This document shows, piece by piece, positions 40,350 to 54,455 of a DNA stretch of 64,000 nucleotides (the stretch's first letter is position 1; each line of letters starts with the position of its first letter). The translations under genes and the position numbers were made by a program. Below the pieces are notes generated by a model. That model saw only the letters and a list, made by a program, of their open reading frames with translations. It was not told the origin of the DNA and did no database searches. Origin of the DNA: Pavona decussata (Eukaryota). The stretch spans positions 496,001 to 560,000 of the forward strand of contig CDRNST010000080.1 in NCBI GenBank assembly GCA_977016875.1, read 5' to 3'.

Positions 40350-43300
40350 GTAGTCCTTTGTGTAGCTTTATGCCAAATGAATGCAAACCAGCTTTCGAAT
40401 CTTGCTAATTATGTTTCGGTTAAGTACCCAGTTATTTCAACCAGATTGGGCCAAAGACAAGAGCTTGGCAGGGTTATGAAGTCACTGAAGGAGCAAACAG
40501 CATTTCCATATTGCGTATACTACTCAGCTAAGGTTCGGGCGCTTTCCATTTGAGGCAGGCCTCACCGGTCAGGCCGGTAAACATAATGTAAAAAATTTGA
40601 CTGATAAGTTGTATCCTAGTCCTTTAAATCTCTCGAAAATAACGCGGACCATTTTCGGGGTAATTATTTCTCAAGATTTTGCAGAAGTATGCATTCGAAA
40701 TAACACATTAGATTTACAGACTGGCTGGTTTGGCTGGCCAGTTCTGGAAAATGGAAAGCGCTTTAAGTCTTGGAATTCATTATAAATAATAAAACGCCTA
40801 GTTCTCTTTATGCAAACTATCTGTGATTTTCCTGCCCAGTTTAAGAAAATTGTCACCCTGACCCAGTCGTTCGATTTCTCAACGTTGTCTTACATGTAGC
40901 ATAAAACTTACTCAGTGTATTTTGGCCTTTGAAACAAGGATTATGTATCAGTGGTAAAAATTGTTTAACCACTAAAATTCATTTAATAAAGTAAAATTTT
41001 GGTTTCTTACTCTAGGATCATCTCAGGCGCCCCCAACAACATCACCACCAACTGCCACTGGTAAGCTTAGTCAGCTTGAGATTAAAGGAACATCTTTTGT
41101 TAAAAAATAGGATACATGATCAGATTTTTGTCTATTTACCTCTTTTGTCCTTTTTTGAAAGATCCCAGCTGTAATTTTGAGAAAGATCTTTGCTCGTGGA
41201 GCCAAGAAACTAACGATGATTTTGACTGGAACCGATACCAGAACTCCACTCCATCATCTGGTACAGGTCCCTCATCTGGTCATGGTGGAAATGGTAAGTA
41301 ATAATGATCTAACCAAATAATAGCTATTGGTAACTTTTGTAGACGAAACGAAACTTTTAGTATATTTTTGTTGAGAGTAAAGTAAAACAAAAATTCTTTT
41401 TTCCTTTGCTTCAACGTGCAATTCTGGTATCCTGTACATCATAACCAACAATATAGATACATTGGCCATGAATTTAATTTGGTTTAATTTTTGGTCTATA
41501 TTGCCTTTATTGCTAGTAGAAGAAGATGAACAAGAAATCTAATTTTTTTTCCTAACAAATCCATCCTCTGGTTTTATTTCAACAGGTTATTATGTCTATA
41601 TTGAGAGCTCAAGCCCTAGATATCGCGATAAAGCTATCTTAAAATTCAAAGCGGCAAACAGCAAGACAGTGTGTCTGTCTTTCTACTATCACATGAATGG
41701 GATTGATATCAATGTATTGAACCTTTATAACGATGGTGTAAAGATTTGGAGCAAGAGTGGCCAACAAGGAAATGTGTGGAACAAAGCGGAAGTCACAATT
41801 AAAGGAAAATACGACGTAAGTGATAGCGACGTTTCCTATAAAGGTGCGAAAAGTTCAGTTTCAACTATATCAAATTCACAGGAAAATGGCAAAACTCTTT
41901 GTTTTTTTTGGATTATTTAACAAGTAAACGGAAAAATCTCGCGTTATAACAATTACAGGCATTCGAAGAACATTTTATTTGGGAAGTCCGAAATCTCACT
42001 GGAAGTGATTACAAGGTCTACTTTCCAAAGCATGGGTCTCTTTTTTACCTGTTTAACTTGTTTTCTACTTAGCTTCAATTCGAAGGTGTCACAGGAGACA
42101 GTTACCAAGGAGATATCGCCATTGATGACATATCCGTCACAGTTGGCGCGTGTAGTACAGTGCCACCTTCACCGTCTCTACCACCTACTCCGCCCACGCC
42201 TAGTCAGGGACCAGGTGAACTTAGTTTCGTCTTCCTTTTATTAATAAAATGTGTCATGATACTTTAATATATTACTAAGGTTCCGCGATGCTCATTAACT
42301 TTACAAAGATTTTTCAGTCCTTCTTGAAAAAAAAAAAAAAACAGCTAGAGTACCTTATGGTTTGACACTGACGTTAACATAAAAAATTAATTGTATTAAT
42401 GTTGATCGTGCTGAATTGTTTATTTTTCCACATATAAAGATTTAATATATAGGAATGTGACGTAAGCATCAGAGTTTACTCTGTAATGCGACCACAGTTT
42501 TCTTCCAAACTTGATGCAGGACAGGTTTTTCTGGGAAAGGTAAACGCCAGATTATCGCCTACATTTCCTGCATAGTGCATTTCCTTAAGAATAGTGCAAA
42601 ATAACTCTGACCTTTCTTTTCGGTGATGAGCCGATAGTCTTCTGGAAGGCAAATTTCAGATCAGCTTTAACAGAATGTTAAGACAAGCAAAATGTTATTA
42701 TCACATCACGAGGGATTTCCACTACAAAAAAATTTAAAGACTCTCCGAAGGGAGACGACTGGTTTTCCATGCAACCCGTTCTCTCTCTTTACACGTAATT
42801 TAAATAATTTAAAGTTACAAGGAAGTAAAATTATCACTTTTTTTATAATAGGGCCTCAAACTTGTGGCATTTCACCAGTGTCGAGAGTTATTGGCGGAGT
42901 TGATGCAGCACCAGGAAATTGGCCTTGGCAGGTACAATGCATGAATTGTAGAAACAAATTTTTATTTGTCATCCAAGACAAGATGACGTCTAAGGACCAA
43001 TAGTCTTGGACATTTTATGAACCCAAAAGAAAGTGACCTTTTTATTCGTGAAAATATTTGAGATATCATTATTTTAATTTTATCAAATTGTCATTGCTGA
43101 TTAAATGGTTTTAGATTGCCCTCCTTCGAGGAAGCTCCACGTCGTTCAGTTGTGGTGGGTCTCTGATCGCTCCTGATTGGGTGGTCACAGCAGCGCATTG
43201 CATTTCGCGAGGACAGTAAGTACCGAGAAACACATCCATTTATCACGGTAAATACTTTATGCTTGATTTGTTAAGTTCTTCAGGGACATTATGACCTACT

Positions 43301-46300
43301 CTATACATTGTAAATTGTTTCTCAAAAGTTTGTCGTTTCAATAATCTGATATTATAATTCCTCAGGAATAAGAAAATTCCTGTTCGTTTTATTTATTATT
43401 TTTTTTTATCATGATCTATGACTATGCTAAACACTAGTCTAGTAGTCTTTGGATCAATGCTTTTGTATTTCTTCTTTTTTTTCTTCTACCTTTCCTCTGG
43501 TTCGCCTCGAATAGCTTGATAGCTATCGGCGAATTCTCAAGTTGAATGGTGGTTGTTTTTGTTCCTGTTGTTTTTTTACAATCTTGTTCGTTATATATAA
43601 ATTCTATGTTCGTTTTTCCTTCCAACGGAAATACCGCCAATAAACCTACCTTAAAAAAGGAAGCGTGGGTAAAACGCCCTGCTCTTTGATCAATAAATTG
43701 TATATATTTGCTGTTTTCATTTTAATTTGCATAACTGTGTCATTCATCAATAAATACCATCTTCTCTGCTTTAGACCTGCTAGTTATTACACCATCCGTC
43801 TCGGAGATCACAATCGCAAGGTTACAGAAGTATCAGAGCAGAATATTCTGGCAAAACAAGTGATAGTGCACCCTGATTACAACAAGATCCCAATAGATTC
43901 TGATATCGCCTTGATTCAGTTGTCAAGGCCAGCCACATTGACCTCCAAAGTTAAGACAGTGTGCTTGCCTTCTCACAATGAAGTAGTTCCCGCAGGTTCC
44001 AAATGCTACATAACTGGTAAGGAAATATTGTGGTTGTCATGTGGTTGTTTTACCCTGAATTAATGATATTATAATGGGGCTGGAATTGAAATTCTGTATG
44101 CTCAACAGAGATAGCGGAGTCACCGCTATTTAAGGTAAAAGAGCATTATTGTGATATTCCTGTACTCTCGATGAAATTTTAACAGGAATGTCTTTTATTG
44201 GTCAGTTGCTCTAAAACAATATTTAATCTTTACAATATTTTATTTTAGGGTTTAAAACCTCATTCATTTGCATGAGTAAATTATCAACTGGCTTTATTTT
44301 CGGAGGGAAGGCGTCTCGTAAACAGTGAAGATTGAATTGTAAATTGGACACTAACGAGGAATGACGTCTTGCATATTTCTTTTGTAGGCTGGGGAAAAAT
44401 AGCACATCCCGGAGGCTCTCATCACATATTACAACAAGCTCATCTACCAACAGTTACAAACGTCGAATGTGCCAGGAAACTAGCTTTGTCACCAGGTAAT
44501 TAGGTTAATGAGTAGGATTTATTGTTGCAGTTGTTATTTTCTTTTATAGTTCTCATTTTGCACAACATCTAAGCATCTACACGGGTTATGATTGGCCCTT
44601 GCCTCTGATCTATTAAGGGCCTCTTCATATGATCCCGGTTGACCGGGCTAGCCCGCTTACCGAGATTCGATGTGTTCATATGAGAAGGCGGGCCAGCCCG
44701 GTTACCGAGATCTCGGTTTCAGCGACCGAGATCTCGGGAGTCCGGGACGAAAATTTCATGAAATTTTCTCATATGAACACGGTATCCCGGTTACCAGGAT
44801 GAAGTCTATAACCAAACATTCGCGTCTTAGAACGGATATATTTGATTATTACGGCTCATTTCTGAGATGTTCTAGTTCAAAATAATTCCTTTTCGTAGTA
44901 GAGATAAAAATATAATACTTTTGAGGTTTGTAGAACCGATAAAAATGAAAAATTCTTGCCGGGCTTGTTCGGTAAATGTCACGCTCGATTGACCGCGTCA
45001 CCACTTTTCATCTCGGTAACCGGGATGAAATTTCCCATATGAACGGACTGCAAAATTCATCCCGCTTACCGAGCCATCCCGGTAACCGGGATCATATGAA
45101 GACGCCCTAAGTGAGATACACACAGATGACGTCGTTACGAAGTATGACCCGCGTGTTTAATAAAATTCCAGGGTTCGTTAAGTGAAAACGGAAGTTTTGC
45201 AAACTGTTTAAGTACGCTGCGCTGTGTGGACAAATGCATATGTTTGCGTTTGTTTGTTTGTTTTTGTTGTTGTTGTTTTTTTTTATCAAGACTATTCTAG
45301 TCGAATCAAGGTTTTTAAACTTATATTCAGTTTTACGATTGTATTCTGAATTCTTGTTGTTTTCTTTTTTGCTTAAAAGTGTTGGACGTTTTCTTTTGGT
45401 AAAACATTTTGCCTACGCTTCTACAGTGCGAGAGCTCAGCGACTGTCTTTGTTACTGTTAAAAGAAATTGATTCCATTTTACTGAGGGTCTTTTTAACTA
45501 TAGATCGAGGAGACCGAGAAGATACGCAGAAAGTATAACTGTGCACTTTTTGTCGTTACTACATTCTGACGTAATCTCTGAGCAAGTGCACCGCGAAAAG
45601 AAAATAATTTCTCGTTCAACTTNNNNNNNNNNNNNNNNNNNNNNNNNNNNNNNNNNNNNNNNNNNNNNNNNNNNNNNNNNNNNNNNNNNNNNNNNNNNNN
45701 NNNNNNNNNNNNNNNNNNNNNNNNNNNNNNNNNNNNNNNNNNNNNNNNNNNNNNNNNNNNNNNNNNNNNNNNNNNNNNTTCGTTCGTTCATTCGTTNNNN
45801 NNNNNNNNNNNNNNNNNNNNNNNNNNNNNNNNNNNNNNNNNNNNNNNNNNNNNNNNNNNNNNNNNNNNNNNNNNNNNNNNNNNNNNNNNNNNNNNNNNNN
45901 NNNNNNNNNNNNNNNNNNNNNNNNNNNNNNTTCGTCCATTCGTTCATTCGCTCATTCGTTCNNNNNNNNNNNNNNNNNNNNNNNNNNNNNNNNNNNNNNN
46001 NNNNNNNNNNNNNNNNNNNNNNNNNNNNNNNNNNNNNNNNNNNNNNNNNNNNNNNNNNNNNNNNNNNNNNNNNNNNNNNNNNNNNNNNNNNNNNNNNNNN
46101 NNNNNNNNNNNNNNNNNNTTTGTTCATTCGTTCATTCGTTCATTCGTTCATTCGTTCATTCGTTCATTCATTCATTCATTCATTCATTCATTCGTTCGTT
46201 CATTCATTCGTTCATTCGTTCATTCGTTCATTCGTTCATTCGTCCATTCGTTCATTCGTTCATTCGTTCATTCGTTCATTCGTTCATTCGTTTGTTCATT

Positions 46301-49300
46301 CATTCATTCATTCATTCATTCGTTCGTTCGTTCGTTCATTCATTCATTCATTCATTCATTCGTTCGTTCATTCGTTCATTCGTTCATTCGTTCATTCGTT
46401 CATTCGTTCATTCGTTCATTCGTTCATTCGTTCATTCGTTCATTCGTTCATTCGTTCNNNNNNNNNNNNNNNNNNNNNNNNNNNNNNNNNNNNNNNNNNN
46501 NNNNNNNNNNNNNNNNNNNNNNNNNNNNNNNNNNNNNNNNNNNNNNNNNNNNNNNNNNNNNNNNNNNNNNNNNNNNNNNNNNNNNNNNNNNNNNNNNNNN
46601 NNNNNNNNNNNNNNNNNNNNNNNNNNNNNNNNNNCTAAAAATCACTGACAACATGATCTGTGCTGGCGTTAATGGAACAATTCTGAGTGGTTGTCATGGT
46701 GACAGTGGTGGTCCGTTCGTCTGTCAGACGTCTGCTGGAAATTGGGTTCTACAGGGCGCTGTTAGCTGGGGCTCCCCGAGATGCTCTGCTGCTGAGCGAT
46801 ACACAGTGTTTGCACGTGTCGCTAAATTTAGAAACTGGATCGATCAGAACATGGGACTGACTCCTACTCCTAGTATAGGTAAAAGTGTGGGTTACAAAGT
46901 TTGTCAAATGCAAGGAAATCCAATTCTCTTGGTTGCATATACAGCCTTCCATCTCATTACTTTAAGGTTTTCTTTGAAATTCGTTCATATCCTATTCTTC
47001 ACTTGATTAGGAAATGATTGTCAAATTTTTCAATGTTTAAATTCCAGGGATGATGATTACAGTTAAAGTTGGTTTGATAAATTTTAAAAAGTACACATAA
47101 GGTTTTAAGGTTTTTTTTATTATAAAAGTCAATAATATATACACCTTTTTATTAAAAAGCAGTGCATGTATTTTTAAATAGCTCCATCTCAACCAACGAC
47201 AACTCAGACGCCGCCGACCACAAATGCCCCATCTTCCAATGGTAAGTCACGCTGGTGTTCATGTGGACACTGAAAGTAAATGTTTATTATATTTCACGTT
47301 TGATATAGCAGATCAGAAGATTCAGGCTGGTTGTACCTTTTATGTCTTTATAGCCTATTAACTTCCGTGCGACAAAATTCATTAATTCTTTTCTTTTTTT
47401 TGATAGTCTCCATTTTCATCAACTGACATTTCAACTTTTGAACAAGTTCATCGAGAAATTCGTTCACTCCATGGAGACGAACAAGTAAAAAATTAGTCAA
47501 AGAAAGCTTGTTCGTGGTCAACCACGAACATCTCATTATTTTATTTTACTTAAGGTTTTCATTGAAGTTGGTTCATATCCCAATCTTTACTTGATTGAGA
47601 AATGATTGTCAAACTTTTCAATGTTTAAATTTCAGAGATGATGATTACAGTTAAAGTTGGTTTGATAAATTTAAAAAAGTAACATAAAAGTCAATAATAT
47701 ATACACCTTTATATCAAAAAAAAAAAAAAACGGTGTATGTTTTTTTTTTTAAATAGCTCCACCTCAACCAACGACAACTCAGGCGCCGCCGTCAACTAAC
47801 GCCCCATCTTCCAATGGTAAGTCACGCTGGTGTTCATGTGGACACTGAAAGTAAATGTTTATTATATTTCACGTTTGATATAGCAGATCAGAAGATTCAG
47901 GCTGGTTGTACCTTTTATGTCTTTATAGCCTATTAACTTCCGTGCGACAAAATTCATTAATTCTTTTTTGTTTTTTTTGACAGTCTCCATTTTCAACAAC
48001 TGACATTCAGCTTTTGAACAAGTTCATCGGGAAATTCGTTCACTCCGTAGAGACGAACAAGTAAAAAATTAGTCAAAAAAAAAAAACTTGTTCGTGGTCA
48101 ACCACCATTAATGCCACACAAATGCTTGTATTTTGCTCCATTCTTTCTTAGATCCAAGTTGTGATTTTGAAACGGGTCTTTGCTCATGGCAACAGGCAAC
48201 CTCAGATGATTTTGACTGGAGCCGGATTGCTGGTAGCACTCCATCGTCTGGTACAGGACCTTCTACTGATCACAGTGGAAATGGTTAGTGCGTATTTCCG
48301 AATCTGCATACAAAAAAGATCTTAAACATTAACGGCATTGGAGGTTAGCATTGCGGCAAACTCTTCTTGTACAACGCCATTCGTAAGGTCGTCGCAAATA
48401 AAACAGAAAGCCCATATGTCTTATTAAAACCCTCTGACTGTACACGAATGGTTTAAAATTATGGACAAAATTTTGCTGATTTCGGCAGCTCACTGCCATT
48501 CCATTTGCCTTGGCGTGCATTTCCAACACCCTGTACATAATAATCAACGACCTTAAGGTTATTGCGATGAATTTCATCTAATTTCATATTTGGTCTATAT
48601 TGCTTTGAAGTAGAATGAGATGAACCAGCCACTTTATTATTATTTTCTATAAAATTAATCTGGTTTTATATGAACAGGTTATTATGTCTATATCGAGAGC
48701 TCAAGCCCTAGATACCGCGATAAAGCCATCTTAAAATTCAAAGCGGCAAACAGCAAGACGGTGTGTCTGTCTTTCTACTATCACATGAATGGGATTGATA
48801 TTAATGCATTGAACCTTTATAACGATGGTGTAAAGATTTGGAGCAAGAGTGGCCAGCAAGGAAATATGTGGAAGAAAGCGGAAGTCACAATTACAGGAAA
48901 ATATGACGTAAGTGACAGCGATGTTTTTTTTTTTTCATAAAGGTATTAAAAGTTCAGTTTCAACTTCATAAAATTCATAGAAAAATGGTTAATTCCTTAG
49001 TGCTCTTTGGATTATTTAGTTGAGTAAATGAAAAAGCTCTCGCATTACAAACATAGAACAATTAGAGGCACTCGAAAAAAAGATTTTTATATGACACTGC
49101 TTATAAAATGCTGTAACGACTATTCTTTTTGTAATTTTTTTCTGTGTGGCAAGATAATAAAAATAACGAAAAAAAAATATATGGGAAGGCACACCTGGAA
49201 ACGTTTCTAGGAATTGTATTTCTTCATTAAAGTAAAACAAATCGATAATAACGATTTGTTTTCAGTGCATGGGTCTCTTCTTTACCTGTGTTACTTGTTT

Positions 49301-49551
49301 TGTTTTTTCTACTTAGCTCGAAATTGAAGGTGTCACAGGAGACAGTTACCAAGGAGATATCGCCATTGATGACATATCCGTCAAAGATGGCGCGTGTAGT
49401 ACAGTGCCACCTTCACCATCTCTACCACCTTCCCCGCCCACCCCTAGTCAGGCACCAGGTGAACTATGCATGCAGCCATTGTATTGTCCTTCTTCTTCTT
49501 CTTCTTCTTCTTCTTCTTCTTCTTCTTCTTCTTCTTCTTCTTCTTCTTCTT

Positions 49552-49583
<32 letters not shown>

Positions 49584-50174
49584 ATAAACCTCTAATTTTT
49601 CCTCGTCACTAATCATCTTTGCAAATGATGTTAGAATAGCGCACTCATGATTTGCACAAAAAAATGATTCTCTTATATGTTGGTTGAGCTGAATTGTTCA
49701 TTATTCTTACTCATGAAGATTCAAAACACATCAATGTGACACAAACACCATTGTAACTCTGTACTTCAAACGCATTTTTTGAAAAAAAAAAAAAAATTAA
49801 ACAGCGTTTTCCAAGAGAGGATGATTCTCTCTTGCGTTTTCTGAAAATAAAAAAAAACGCCAGATTTTTGCCTACATTTGGTCGAATAAACCAGTAAATA
49901 CGTGAAAGCAGTGCAAATAATTCTAACCTTTCTTTGCGAATATGGACTAACAGTTTTTTATAACATATATAGCGCGCGTGCATCCTAATCTAATTCTTAT
50001 CGACGTCATTACTTGAGTTAGAGAGAACTGTAAGAATTTCAGCAAGATAGCAAATTTTTAAGAAGTGTCTTATTTCGATTTTTATGATTTCTAGTCGTGC
50101 CATTTTACAATATATATCTAGTTTTAGGACCTCTATGTAAACCTGTCTTAGCGATGGAGCTTCCTAATAAAAGA

Positions 50175-50253
<79 letters not shown>

Positions 50254-50769
50254 CCCCACTGGTGTTTACAACGACGGGAGGGATGGCTGACGAATGCCTG
50301 ATATACCACTCAAGATTAGCCGAGCTATTATCAGCAAAAAAGCAAGAGAGCTAAGCCACAACAATTTCGTGGGTCAGGGCGAAAGTGTCCTTTGTAATTT
50401 TGCGGAGCGCGCTCCTATGCCTAAGAGGATCGAGAACCCCGAGAAGGAGGAACTTAGACGTTAAATAGAGAACGGCCAAGCTGGACTTTCCTAGACTGCT
50501 ATAGAAACTTTATTATGGGTTGATTGATAGGTTTCTGAATTTTTCTCATTTTAGTGTACGATTGGAAACACTGTGACTGGGCATTTATTTAGAATATTCT
50601 TAGTATGAGGGTTATTATTTTATTACTTCAGTGGAAATTGTTCTTTTATCTTCTGAACCAAACCCATATAAATTAGCTTTTATATATAAGATGTTGATAT
50701 TTTACAATTTTATGACAGCAAACTGTGAAATCACTCAGGTTTTAATAGAATCAAACTGTATCTAGTAGA

Positions 50770-50824
<55 letters not shown>

Positions 50825-53800
50825 CGCACGGCCGTGCGTCCATCCGATGATGGAGGAAGCATGTATGTGCTAAGTTATAAAAAACCTTTTTACAGATAGA
50901 CAACACCATAAAAAAATGTCTATTTATACGAGCTTGTTAAAGTTTAATGAAACGTTAAGGTTAAACCGATATGAGAAACCACTTTCACTTTTTTTTTTTT
51001 GTACAGAAAATTTTGCAATTAATCAGGAAAAAACCTGTTTTCCAGGAATCATTTCCTATATTTTCACTATGCCATAAAAGAATTGGTTCATGCTTTTAGC
51101 TGTGCGTATATCAAGTTATGGATGCACTTGGGAAGTTTGGAGAGCACTCAAGAAGATAGAGTTGCTCTCGGCTACGCCTTGACAACTCTTACGCTGCTCT
51201 CGTGCTCTCCAAACTTCCCGCGTGCATCCATAACTGGATATACGCAAGCTAAGCATGAAAAAATTCTTAATTTGAAGTGAAATTTGTTAGCCATAACAGA
51301 ATGTCAAGTTAACCAAAATAGTGCCAACAAATCGCAAGCATTATCTACTACAAAGAAAATTGATGACTCTCCACCCTATTCCAATACAAACCTGTTCAAT
51401 CGTTTTACCCAAAATTTCAATAATTTATGAATTAGTGTATAAATTATCTGTTTTTATTATAGGACCTCAAACCTGCGGCATTTCACCAGTATCAAGAGTT
51501 ATTGGCGGGGTTGATGCAGCACCAGGAAATTGGCCGTGGCAGGTACATACTGACCGACTTTTTTTGCGGAAAAACATTTACTTGTTCGCGTACATCATTC
51601 TTTCATCCGCATCCTCATCCAAGACCAGATGACGTCAAATTTTTCAATCTTAAAGAAAGCTACTTCTGTCTTAATAGCGACAATATTTGAGAGATCATTA
51701 TCTTGATTAATTACACCTTATTGTCATTGCTGATTAAATCGTTTTAGATCGCCCTCCTTCGTGGAAGCTCCAAGTCGTTCAGTTGTGGCGGATCTCTGAT
51801 AGCTCCTGATTGGGTGGTCACAGCAGCGCATTGCATTTCGCGAGGACAGTAAGTACAGAGAAACACATCCATTTATCACAGCATATAGTTTATTCTTGAT
51901 TTGTTTAAGGTCTTCATTTACATGGCTTTTTTTAATGGAAAACCTATATCATGATTCTAAATTGATGCTCAAAATTTTATATTTTTATCAATCTGATATC
52001 ATCATGGCTCATGAAGACGAAGATACCACCCCTACATGTTATTTTTATTTATATCATTTTCTTTTCATCACCTTGTTAATTATACCAGACCTATGCAGTT
52101 GCAAACCAGTTTTAGAATGATAAAGCTCGTTCATATTAACTTCGTCTTTCGTCCCACCGAAATGTAAAAACAACAACAACAACAACAACGTCGGTGCTCA
52201 AACCTGTCTGCTCTTTTATGAATTAATTTGATTTTTTTTTTGCTATCATTTTTGCATTACTGAGTTATCGATCAATATAAAATAATAATACGGCTCTGCT
52301 CTGTTTTAGACCTGCTAGTTATTACACCGTCCGTCTCGGAGATCACAACCGCAAGGTTTCAGAAGTGTCAGAGCAGGATATTCCAGCAAAACAAGTGATA
52401 GTGCACCCTGATTACAACAAGATCCCAATAGATTCTGATATCGCCCTGATTCAGTTGTCGAGACCAGCCACCTTGACCTCAAGAGTTAAGACAGTATGCT
52501 TGCCTTCTCACAATGAAATTGTTCCCACAGGTTCCAAATGCTTCATAACTGGTAAGGGGAAAACTATGCTTAACATGCATGTCGCTGTTTTACACTGAGT
52601 TAATCGCATTACCGAGGGGCTGGGATTGAAACTCTGTAAGCTCAAAAAAGACAATAGAGTCACTACTATTTAAGATGAACTTTTCAGTTTTTTATCCTTG
52701 AACTTTCTTCGATTCCTTTTATTGGCTTGTCGTTTCAACAAATTGTTAATCCTTGGTGAAGCCAAGTATTGTTTGTTCAAGGCTTTTACCATGGATATTT
52801 TAAGGGTTTTTTTAGTTTCATCATTGAAATGCACTGGATAACTTTTTTTTTTTAATATCGAAAATGTTTTTTTTTAATGTCACTCTTTTTTACAATTATA
52901 CTCTGCCTACACAACTGAAAATACAAATCTCACGCTACATTGTTCTCTAATTACACAATTACTTTCTGTATTTACAAGATACTTTATATAAAGTTACAAT
53001 ACAGGGGTTTAAATTATTGATAACTTAATTTGGCTACGGTAAAGACATACGATTTCTGCGGTCCAGAGCGTTAGCTCTTTCCCAGAGCGAATCAATTGTA
53101 AGGGATGGTGGATTTTATATTAAGTTGCCATTCACAATTTCTCGATCTGCTTTAAGGTAAGGTTAACGCCTGAAACGTCATCACTTAAATCCCTTTACGG
53201 AGGCCAAAAAACTTATGAATTATCAACTTCGTTGATAACACCAAGCATTCGTTTCCATTTCCCACGAGGCAGCATCATAGTTTCTTTCAGTAGAAACTAA
53301 TGTCCTCATCACTTGGTTTTTTTTGAGAGAGGGACTGTCTCATAAACAATAAAGGTTGAACTGGACGCCATCGTAAGGTAGATGTGTTTTATATTTGAAA
53401 ATTTCATGAATAACGTTTTGCTTATCTCTTTTATAGGCTGGGGGAAAATAGCACATCCCGGAGGCTCTCATCACATATTACAACAAGCTCATCTGCCAAC
53501 AGTTTCAAACGCCGAGTGTGCCAGGAAACTAGCTTTGTCACCAGGTAATTATTAAAATGTTAATAAATAAAACTCGCGTCCTCCTACTAGGATCTTGAAG
53601 GGGAAGAGGAATCGCCGAATAAAAACATTCCGTTTACTCTAAAATTTAAGGCTGGTTTCCATATGATCACGGATCGCAGATCGCAATAAGGTCTGCGATC
53701 GTCTGCGATCATATGGAAACTACTTCTTCGATCGTCTGCGATCCTGCGATCGCTATCGCAGACGATCGCAGAAGATAGAACCATGTTCTATCTAAGGGCC

Positions 53801-54414
53801 GGTTTCCATATGATCGCAGACGATCGCAGACCTTATTGCGATCTGCGATCTGCGATCTGCGATCCGGCGATCATATGGAAACCAGCCTTTGATTCTTTTC
53901 CGCGGCGAAATTGACGACCATTTTTCTCCTGGGGCACAGCGAATAGCAAAGAACCTTTCATTCAACTTAAACCCGTTTATTAACACCTTTTATTTTTTCT
54001 TTTCAGGTGGTTCTTCTCTAAAAATTACTGACAACATGCTGTGTGCTGGCGTTAACGGAACAATTCTGAGTGGTTGTCATGGTGACAGCGGTGGTCCGTT
54101 CGTCTGTCAGACTTTTGCTGGAAACTGGGTTCTACAGGGCGCTGTAAGCTGGGGCTCCCCGAGATGTTCTGCGGCTGAGCGATATTCTGTGTTTGCACGT
54201 GTCGCCAAATTTAGAAACTGGATCGATCAGAACATGGGACTGACTCCTACTCCTAGTATAGGTAAATGTGCGGGTTCCTCAAATTCGAACTTGAAATTCA
54301 TCTTTTTTTTTTTTCTAACGCCTCATCCCCTTACTTTATTTTACTAACGTTTTCTTTGAATTTTTTACATACCCACAATTCTTCACTTGATAATGAAAAA
54401 AAGTCCTGAGACGT

Positions 54415-54455
<41 letters not shown>

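Noticed and set aside
45498-46654. Long ORFs with FIHS/FVHS repeats
   Set aside because: Translations of a satellite and N gaps.
49288-50354. Poly-Leu and poly-Ser ORFs
   Set aside because: Microsatellite read-through in introns.
53649-53888. CRISPR-like or structured ncRNA array
   Set aside because: No repeat-spacer structure; explained by MITE subterminal repeats in a eukaryotic intron.
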